A program made the position numbers and the translations under genes. Below, piece by piece: positions 55,675 through 64,000 of a DNA stretch of 64,000 nt. Under the pieces are notes generated by a model that saw nothing but the letters and a program-made list of their open reading frames with translations, made no database searches and was not told the DNA's origin. Position 1 is the stretch's first letter; every line of letters starts with the position of its first letter. The DNA is from Sodalis sp. (in: enterobacteria). GTDB taxonomy: Bacteria; Pseudomonadota; Gammaproteobacteria; Enterobacterales; Enterobacteriaceae. The DNA is taken from assembly GCA_047528285.1 (NCBI GenBank), contig CP180022.1, forward strand, positions 1,159,958 to 1,223,957, in the 5' to 3' direction.

Positions 55675-56701
55675 CAATCATTACCTTAGGTAACGATTGC
55701 CCGCATAACAGAAGTGTTAGAGCATTTAAATCAGACCACACGGGATAGCCATAATTTTGCTTAAATGCTAGCTCGATTTTGGTCATTAACGCTACTATGT
55801 CTCGAAGCTGTGTATGAGTCAGCCGATCTAACGACTGTGTCAGTATTGCCTGGCGGGTTTTCCAAATTTTATGATGTTTGAATAGGGTCAGTATCGGTGT
55901 GGTGGTCATATGTCGTTTTAGCTTCAGAAGAAGCAGAACTTCGCGCTGGATACTTCGTAGAAGTATAACCGGCTCAACAGATTCTAAACGCAGTTGTCTC
56001 AGAATGTGCGTTGCTCGGTTACTGTAGCCAGCTAGTGTGGCTTCAATCCAGTGAAATGTAAAAAAGTGTGCTGCGTTATTTACCGCGGATTCAACCCGCG
56101 ATAGCGACAGGTTTCCGTCAGGATAAATTAGTGACAGCCGAACTAGTGCTTGGACGAGTGCCAGCAAGTTTCCTTCATAGCAATAGCATAGTAGTTGACA
56201 GGAGGCGTCGTCTAGCATGAGATTCATGCTTTTAGCGCGCATTGATACCCACTTTGGTAGCTGCGTTTGTTCCGGTGTGGCACAGGTTATCAGTACAGCT
56301 TGTTGGCTAATTGCCTTGAACCAGGGGCTATTTTCTAAGGAACGAGTTAAGTTACGACCGCTCAGGATTAACAACAAATCTTCATGCAGCAGCGATGCTA
56401 GCTTCAGCAATCTCTCCTCGCCATTAAGGGGGAGCAAGTTCCCCTCTGGAAGAATAATCAGCAGTGTTTGACGGCTAGTAAACAAACTACGCGCTTGGCA
56501 GAGTCTGAAAATAGCGTCCCAGTCAGTGCTGGTATCCAGCGTAATGTTGAAATGTTCATCAAATTGCTTTGACTGAGCCAGATCGCGAATACGATCCAAG
56601 CTTTCCTGTAATAGCAGAGGATCATTGCCAAATAATAAATAGCAAGGAGGCAAGGATTTTTGTAGTGGTTGTCTCATATGCCTGGCATACAGACGGATCA
56701 T
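55667..56701 (-). CDS. holA: DNA polymerase III delta subunit
   Basis: MIRLY....L...L....PPCYLLFGNDPLLLQES.D.IR... is collinear with E. coli HolA (MIRLYPEQLRAQLNEGLRAAYLLLGNDPLLLQES). 344 aa versus 343. Confidence 0.9.
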   Translation of the reverse strand: MIRLYARHMRQPLQKSLPPCYLLFGNDPLLLQESLDRIRDLAQSKQFDEHFNITLDTSTDWDAIFRLCQARSLFTSRQTLLIILPEGNLLPLNGEERLLKLASLLHEDLLLILSGRNLTRSLENSPWFKAISQQAVLITCATPEQTQLPKWVSMRAKSMNLMLDDASCQLLCYCYEGNLLALVQALVRLSLIYPDGNLSLSRVESAVNNAAHFFTFHWIEATLAGYSNRATHILRQLRLESVEPVILLRSIQREVLLLLKLKRHMTTTPILTLFKHHKIWKTRQAILTQSLDRLTHTQLRDIVALMTKIELAFKQNYGYPVWSDLNALTLLLCGQSLPKVMIDG

Positions 56702-56710
56702 GATCTTATC

Positions 56711-57319
56711 CTATGCTTCATAAGAATTCTGCTTAATTAGAATGCTGACACCTTTGATCTTTTTTGTGGCTGTTTTTTCGGTTTTTCGTCCAGAACTTGA
56801 TCCTCCGTTTTTTGATGTCTGCCCAATCAGCAGTTTACGTACCAGTTGTTGAGCTGCTTGCTGGCGCATTTCTTGGAGAATGATATTTTTTTCGGAATCT
56901 TCTGCCAACGCTTTTAACGGGTTATCAAAGAATGAGCGATAGAGCTTAACATCGATAGGATAGTCATCTTTTCCAGGTATTAAGATTTGTGCTTGTACGG
57001 TTAACGTTATCTGATATTCTGCGGTTTTACCGTCCTGGAATACTGAGACGGGGGTTTGGCTTTCTGACGAATTGATAATCTGTAGCGATGGTTGCAGAGT
57101 ATACTTGTCTTTGGGGTTATCAACCAGTGCTATATCGTTCAGATGTAACTCTGTATGTACGGCACGTGTTATCGGTCCATAAGGATCATAGCTTTTCAGA
57201 GTCAAGTTTTTCATTGCAGCCTGTTGTATTTGATCGGTAGTGCCACGAAGATGATAATTACAACCGGAAGTAATTGTTACCGCAACGCTCAGTGCTATTG
57301 CTATAGTTCGATATTGCAT
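56711..57319 (-). CDS. lptE: LPS assembly lipoprotein LptE
   Basis: It has a lipobox (ITSGC) and HLRG after the Cys, as in E. coli LptE (ITAGCGWHLRD). [22 protein letters not shown] matches [22 protein letters not shown], and the motif RSFFDNP is present. It lies between leuS and holA, as in E. coli. Confidence 0.88.
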   Translation of the reverse strand: MQYRTIAIALSVAVTITSGCNYHLRGTTDQIQQAAMKNLTLKSYDPYGPITRAVHTELHLNDIALVDNPKDKYTLQPSLQIINSSESQTPVSVFQDGKTAEYQITLTVQAQILIPGKDDYPIDVKLYRSFFDNPLKALAEDSEKNIILQEMRQQAAQQLVRKLLIGQTSKNGGSSSGRKTEKTATKKIKGVSILIKQNSYEA

Positions 57320-57335
57320 GATATATTACCTCCTG

Positions 57336-59921
57336 TTAATTTATGACCAGGTTTAGTAGTTTATCCGGTACGTAAATCACTTTTCGCACTGTTTTCCCTT
57401 CAAGATGTTTTGCAATAAATTGTTTTTGAGAAGCGCGTTCACAGGCAAGGGTTTCTGTTGCATCTGCTGGAACAGAAATTTTTCCGCGAAGCTTGCCGTT
57501 AATCTGAACGATCAGAACTTTTGAAGTTTCTTCTAAGATAGTCTTATCTACAACTGGCCACTGTGCATTATCAATATCCCCTTCGCCGCCAAGCGCTTGC
57601 CAAAGCATAAAACAAGCATGTGGAGTAAAAGGATAAAGCATTAATACGATCGCCATTAGAGACTCTTGCAGCAAGGCGCGTTCTTGTCCGGTTTCTTCCT
57701 GAGTGGTATGTGCCAAAATTTTTGTCAATTCCATCATGGCGGCGATGGCGGTGTTAAATGTTTGTCGACGGCTGATATCATCGGTAACTTTAGCGATGGT
57801 TTTATGTACTTTGTGGCGTAGTGCTTTTTCCTTATCGTTTAATACCGCGATATCTAAAGAAGTTACCGGTCCAATCTGTGTATGCTTATATACCAATTTC
57901 CAAAGGCGTTTCAGAAACCTATGGGCCCCGGCTACGCCGGATTCCTGCCATTCGAGCGTCATTTCTGCTGGTGCCGCGAACATCATAAATAGTCGAAGTG
58001 TATCGGCGCCGTATTTTTCCACCATTTTCTGTGGATCGATACCGTTGTTTTTTGATTTCGACATTTTACTCATGCCTGCATGAGTCAGCAGGCGCCCCGT
58101 AGCATCGGTTGCTTTGACGATGCGGCCTTTTTGATCGCGTTCTATGCGGACATCCAAAGGAGAAACCCATAAACGCTCGCCGCTGGTACTGATGTAGTAA
58201 AATGCGTCAGATAGTACCATGCCTTGACATAAAAGGCGCTTGACTGGTTCATTAGAGGTAAGCAGATCGGCATCACGCAACAGTTTGTGATAAAAACGGA
58301 AATACATTAGGTGCATAATAGCGTGTTCAATGCCACCGATGTATTGATCTACCGGTAACCAATAGTTGGCAGCGTCTGGATCGAGCATGCAGCGGTCATG
58401 ATTCGGGCAGGTATAACGTGCGTAATACCAGGAGGATTCCATGAAAGTATCAAAGGTATCGGTTTCACGCAAAGCGGGTTGCCCCTGGAAGGTGGTTTTA
58501 ATCCACTCAGGATTGCTCTTTAACGGATTGGAAATACCGTCTATTAGGACATCTTCCGGTAGAATAATTGGTAGCTGATCTTCTGGCGTAGGAACGACTA
58601 TTCCTTCTTCAAGCGTCATCATCGGGATCGGTGTTCCCCAATAGCGCTGGCGGGAAACCCCCCAGTCGCGCAGCCGATAGTTTACTTTTCGCTTGCCGAG
58701 CCCGCGGGCTAAAAGCGCATCAGTAATGGCGTTGAATCCTGACTGAAAATTCAGACCATCAAATTCACCGGAATTGAACAGGATCCCCTTTTCGGTCATA
58801 GCTTTAGCACTAATATCTGGTTTGCTGCCGTCGATATTGCAGATAACAGCCTTTATTGGTAAGTTATATTTTCTGGCAAATTCAAAATCACGTTGGTCAT
58901 GTCCCGGTACTGCTATGACTGCGCCGGTGCCGTAAGCCATCATTACAAAATTAGCTCCCCAGATCGGTAACATCTCGCCACTTAGCGGATGTAGAGCGTG
59001 CAGTCCAGTCGCCATTCCTTTCTTTTCCATTGTAACTATATGCGACTCCGCCACTTTGCTAGCGCGACATTCTTGAAGAAAATTGGCAAGTTCCGGATTA
59101 GAAGCCGCTGTTTGGAACAATAAAGGGTGGTCTGAAGCCACTACGACATAGGTGGCTCCCATGATAGTATCAGGGCGAGTGGTGAAAAACGTAAGCGTTT
59201 CTTCGCTCTCTGCAATGTGACAGGTGATTTCGACTCCTTCCGAACGACCAATCCAGTTGCGCTGCATGGTTTTTACCTGTTCCGGCCACTGCTTCAGCTT
59301 ATCCAAATCGGATAATAGCTCGTCAGCATAGGTAGTGATTTTCAAAAACCACTGTGGGATTTCCCTGCTTTCGACCTTGGTGTCGCAGCGCCAGCAGTTG
59401 CCATCGATTACCTGTTCGTTAGCTAAAACTGTTTTGTCTTGCGGACACCAGTTAACGGCCCCTGTTTTTTTATACACCAAGCCTTTTTCATATAAACGAG
59501 TGAAAAACCACTGTTCCCAGCGATAATATTCTGGTCGACAGGTAGTTAGTTCACGATGCCAGTCGTAGCCAAACCCTAACAATTTTAGTTGTTTTTTCAT
59601 ATAATCAATATTGGCGTAAGTCCAGGATGCAGGCGCGGTATTATTTTTTATTGCAGCTTCTTCTGCTGGTAGGCCAAACGCGTCCCAGCCGATAGGCTGC
59701 AAGACATTTTTTCCAAGCATGCGGTGAAAACGAGCGATTACGTCGCCGATGGTGTAGTTACGCACATGTCCCATATGCAGTTTCCCAGAGGGATATGGCA
59801 GCATGGAGAGGCAGTAAAATTTTTCCTTGCTTGGATCTTCTATGACCCTGAATGTATCGGTTTTATGCCAGTGTTGCTGTACGGCGCCTTCTATCGTTTT
59901 CGGGTAATAAAACTCTTGCAT
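57336..59921 (-). CDS. leuS: leucyl-tRNA synthetase
   Basis: 861 aa. The HIGH-type motif ([15 protein letters not shown]) and KMSKS ([13 protein letters not shown]) are present. It is collinear with E. coli LeuRS (860 aa). Confidence 0.97.
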   Translation of the reverse strand: MQEFYYPKTIEGAVQQHWHKTDTFRVIEDPSKEKFYCLSMLPYPSGKLHMGHVRNYTIGDVIARFHRMLGKNVLQPIGWDAFGLPAEEAAIKNNTAPASWTYANIDYMKKQLKLLGFGYDWHRELTTCRPEYYRWEQWFFTRLYEKGLVYKKTGAVNWCPQDKTVLANEQVIDGNCWRCDTKVESREIPQWFLKITTYADELLSDLDKLKQWPEQVKTMQRNWIGRSEGVEITCHIAESEETLTFFTTRPDTIMGATYVVVASDHPLLFQTAASNPELANFLQECRASKVAESHIVTMEKKGMATGLHALHPLSGEMLPIWGANFVMMAYGTGAVIAVPGHDQRDFEFARKYNLPIKAVICNIDGSKPDISAKAMTEKGILFNSGEFDGLNFQSGFNAITDALLARGLGKRKVNYRLRDWGVSRQRYWGTPIPMMTLEEGIVVPTPEDQLPIILPEDVLIDGISNPLKSNPEWIKTTFQGQPALRETDTFDTFMESSWYYARYTCPNHDRCMLDPDAANYWLPVDQYIGGIEHAIMHLMYFRFYHKLLRDADLLTSNEPVKRLLCQGMVLSDAFYYISTSGERLWVSPLDVRIERDQKGRIVKATDATGRLLTHAGMSKMSKSKNNGIDPQKMVEKYGADTLRLFMMFAAPAEMTLEWQESGVAGAHRFLKRLWKLVYKHTQIGPVTSLDIAVLNDKEKALRHKVHKTIAKVTDDISRRQTFNTAIAAMMELTKILAHTTQEETGQERALLQESLMAIVLMLYPFTPHACFMLWQALGGEGDIDNAQWPVVDKTILEETSKVLIVQINGKLRGKISVPADATETLACERASQKQFIAKHLEGKTVRKVIYVPDKLLNLVIN

Positions 59922-62003
59922 GGTAGCCAGTGATCCTTAAATAAAATACGGCGACGCTAGCGGAGAAATTATGGAACATATATAATATAATTAGCTTTGC
60001 TAACTATCTCTGTGAACTCTTTAGTTCCTATTTATGGAATGTGAACAGAGATATGTAGGTAGCAAGACTTCATTATAACTAAGACCTAGCAATATTGCAC
60101 GATGAGCTCGCCATTATACTTCATTTTATACGGTCTGAAGAAACATGTAGTGCAATTTCAAACAAAATTTTTTATAATTGATAAAACAATAGTGGTAAAA
60201 ACATCAAGCACCCACTGTACCAGTAGGTGCGAACTTAGTAACAATAAAACTCTCAAGTAGCAAGTTTTGTTGGAGAACTCAAGAATAGTTGCATAGACGG
60301 AGTAAAATTCTCTTAAATACTGTAATCGATCATTACACTATACTGATATACTCATTATATTATTTTGGATAACTGAAACAGTTGACTTGTTTTTCTCTTA
60401 GAGCTTTTTAGGAGTTTATTGATTTGTTTCTTAAACTAATATAAATTCCGATCTGTTACGTAGGTTAATCGTTGATTAGCAGGGGAGAAAAATAATTAAT
60501 CTCAGCATAAAAATATCAATATATAATAAAATTATCTATTTGATTTTTAATGGAATTTACCTTCAGTTTTTGATAGAAAAGCATGGAAAACCTGTTTGGA
60601 GAAGGCTATAGTACCATACTAACATGGAGTATAATGTTAGTGCGATTAGGAAAAAATAATAATGTTCAGTATGAAATTATCTATGTCGCTTTATTCATGA
60701 CTAGTAAAAGTGATAAAATTTTTATGGGTTTATGATATGCGTTATTTTTATGATTATCTTGTATGAAAAGAATTAACCTTATTATTTTTTCGCGAAGTAG
60801 CACATAATTATTCGCTGAATAGACATTTGTGAATAGTAACCATGCCGTTGCAAATCATTATTTTAACAGAAGTTAAGTTATCTTAAAAATAAAGTGTGGA
60901 GATCACACGGATCATGAGTGGGTGCAACTAATTATACTTCAGTTTGAAATATTTCTGAGCATAAGCGGAGTAACTGATGTATAGTGCGTAGATGTAAGGT
61001 TATGGGATGTTTAAGAATCTTAAACAGATGATTCTTATCATCTCGAAATAAATTTTCATCATCAATGATGGTTTTTACAAAAGAATTTATTACTGATATT
61101 GATGTGATTAATAAAGCTATTTTTATTTTAAAACTAATGCTTTATCTTATTTTGTATCTGCCGATAGATAGATTGATATATGCTAAAAAACAATAAACAT
61201 GCGATATATATATAGATATATCGCTGTGGTTAAAACGGTTAGGATTTATGATTATAGCTCAGATATAAAAAGTCAGGATACAGTTTTCATGTAGTCTACT
61301 ATCCATTGCCAAAAAATATTAATTTATTGATTTTTTCTGCTATATTTTTTGTAAAAAAAGAAAGTAATATTAATACTTGTAGGCTTGAAAGTATATTAAT
61401 TACTTTTTAGTAATCACTGGCTATCTTGTATGATTAATTAAGACTAACAATTTCTGTTTCTTAATTAAAACTTTAATTGTTTCAATATCCTTGTTATTAC
61501 AATATTTAAGCGTAAAACTCAAATTTATTAACAATGAATCTTATGCTATAAAATTAATATTTTTCATTGAAAAACTTAATATTTATCTACAATTTTTTAT
61601 AGATGGAGAAGATGAAGTTTAAATGTTATGGACATTTTGTTTCAGGTAGTCAATGTGACTGCTGTAAATAGTATATCATAAATTTTTATTTTATATTTTC
61701 GTTATTAAGAAGTTTAAATAGGTAGAATAGAGAAGTTTACCATTGATATGGTAATAGGTTAATCTTAGTAGATATTTTGCATAGGATATTATGGGGTTCT
61801 CTGGATTTTTGTTAAAATGTATTAAAGCATCATATTAAATACAGGTTTCAGATATATGTTAGGTGTTATCAGAATTCATTCTCTGGTGTGATGTAGATAA
61901 ATATATAGTTCTTAATATGTATGGTATACAGTGCACGACATAAAAAGCACTATCTTTGATAGTATCATTTTTTAAGATCAGAAAGAATATAAAATAAAAT
62001 TAT

Positions 62004-62035
62004 CTGATAACATATGATTATTAATCATATATCAG
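62004..62035. repeat. 32-nt imperfect palindrome (CTGATaacATATGATTAtTAATCATATATCAG)
   Basis: Read directly: a 9-bp inner stem plus a 5-bp outer stem with a 3-nt bulge, in AT-rich non-coding DNA upstream of leuS. Confidence 0.8.
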
Positions 62036-64000
62036 TTATTTTATAACTATTCAAGTTAGAAACTTTAAGATCAAATCAATGATGTTTTATAGGTGAGAAA
62101 TTGTTATTTTGATACAGAGTTGCTATTGAAAAACTTTTTTCATGGTTTTGTAGGCTATGAAATATGATATCTTTCTGTTATATAAATTACTAATACGCCG
62201 TAGGCCTTTGGATTAACGTTGGATTAAGGCTCTTAATGGTGTGGAATATTTATCGGTTGGCAAGAATTTGTTTTATGCACACCGTAGTAGTAGTTATCCA
62301 GCCCGGATACAAATTTATTAGGTGCTGGTTGACATAAAACCCTTAACCTTCATTTGATTTCATAGTCAAATGGTGGTTATGTTTAACTATGTGCAGATAA
62401 CTTTTAGTTTTTTTTAGCGAATTGTGTTTGCTGTTAGAGAAACTATATATTACAGACTCTAGGAATGAGGATCGTCTTAGATTCGGATAGAAATGCTAAT
62501 GTTTCTATCAGTATGGATGTTTCATCTGGATATAAACTTGTGCCATTTTTCTGTGAATAGGTATCGTAAGGAAAAATCGCTAGAACTTCGGGAGATTGAG
62601 CGCTTTGGAGTGTCAAACTGCTGAACTGTATCTTAGAAATGTCGTTGACGCTATTAGTTAGTATGACCAGGGGCTTGCATTGATTTTAAAAATAAGCAGC
62701 GAATTCACGAATAAAATAGAAAATTCACACTTCAGATACAATCATAGATACCTTAATACCTCTGATATATCGGTATTAAGGTAGTCGACAGAGAAAAAAG
62801 TAGTAACAGTAGCTTATGCTACTAGAGGTATGACGACTCTATGTTGGTGTAATGCTTTTTCGCCATATAACGGTCGTTGCGCTAGTTATCAAAAAGACTA
62901 ATCAGTCTGCTTGATTTTATCAATCATAGATATAGATCCAGCCTTTTTAGTCCCTAAAAAATTCCGTTTTGGTCTATACAAATGATAGAGCCCCGTACAG
63001 GGGAGAGGACAAAAAGTTGGCTCCTTGATAAAGAAGTAGCTTTTCATGAATCGCTCAATAAATTCATTGAGCCATGCATCGCCTTGTGATAGCGCCGCAA
63101 TGTGCTTCTATCATCAAAGGAGAGAGGTGTATGTTGTGATCCATTGTACCAGTGTGGTACTTAATTCTTGCCGAACCTATGTAGGTAGTATAGCACAGCT
63201 ATTTTTAAATCATTTTTGTATGTAACGTTTTGTTTTTGATATAATTGATTATATAGACAGAAAAATAATATACTTTTTTAATTTAAAATTAAAGAAGCAA
63301 AATAGAAGATAGAAATTGATGATATTTTTTAAAGTACCGTAAGGTTGAATATAGGATGCCTTCCAGGCTATCATGCTAAAATTTTTTGTCGTTGCAATGG
63401 CGATATTTTATAGAATTGCATTCTAACCCATATGTTTTTTTGGACATCTAGGGGTTTCAGACTCTAGATTAGAGCTGATAGGCGAATTATTATATCTTGT
63501 TTTCTAGTGGTGCTAGATCTTTCGGTCAAACAATGGAAAAGCATAAGATCAAGTATTGCAATAGAGGGTAACACCATTCTTTTTTTTAATTAATTGTTTG
63601 CCGTTTGTGTTTTTAACGAATCGTTAGAAATATTACATATCAGGATATATTGTGAGGTTGATCTAGTCTAGATGTCCAGTGATTTAAGTGCAGAATTGGA
63701 TATTGAATAAAGCCTTTCATCGACAGTTTTTGTAACTGATATTTTTAAAAGGCAAGTAGTTAAACTTCCATATCTATCCGTAATATACCGAAAATAGCAT
63801 GGTATTGTCGCCATCCTATCAATTCACGCGGAACATTAATAGGGGTAGATCCAGAATTCACCCTAGCTAAAAGGATAGTAAGATAATGTGTAACATTGGC
63901 TGGGAAGAGGTGAATGTGGTGATGCTGATGCATAACTGTAATCGGAATTTGGCAATTCTATTAATGATTAAATATGGAGCGGTTTTCGGCAAGTATCTGA

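Overview
This 64-kb window comes from an Enterobacterales-type gammaproteobacterial chromosome in an intermediate stage of reductive genome evolution. It most resembles a host-restricted insect endosymbiont (Serratia symbiotica-, Sodalis- or Arsenophonus-like), but the lineage cannot be assigned from this sequence alone. There are 29 intact protein genes and one intact tRNA, covering about 34.5 kb (~54%). They are hemH, mqo, aceE-aceF-lpdA, apbE, trxB, obgE, greA, rlmE-ftsH-folP-glmM-secG-leuU, nusA-infB-rbfA, rpsO-pnp, an AI-2E/PerM-family permease, lipA, lipB, ybeD, rodA-mrdA and nadD-holA-lptE-leuS. The remaining ~46% is visibly AT-richer DNA, with stretches of 1-4 kb lacking any ORF of 60 aa or more. 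By translating these gaps by eye and using E. coli K-12 gene order as a guide, I recovered decayed remnants of pdhR, lrp, ftsK, yhbY, metY (tRNA-fMet), rimP, truB, dacA, rsfS and rlmH. Weaker traces fit cydD, dacB and lnt. I found no CRISPR array, IS element, transposase, integrase, phage, toxin-antitoxin, secretion or defence module, and no evidence for a novel multi-gene system. The most interesting signals concern gene loss. A perfect PdhR operator is stranded in front of a dead pdhR and live PDH genes. The global regulator lrp and the translocase ftsK are dead next to a live trxB. Ribosome-maturation accessory genes have been pruned selectively from inside operons that are otherwise intact. 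A 19-bp frameshifting tandem duplication sits in rimP, behind two intrinsic terminators that now lie between leuU and the essential nusA-infB genes. All similarity statements rest on recalled E. coli protein sequences and manual translation, so they need confirmation by BLAST or HMM searches.
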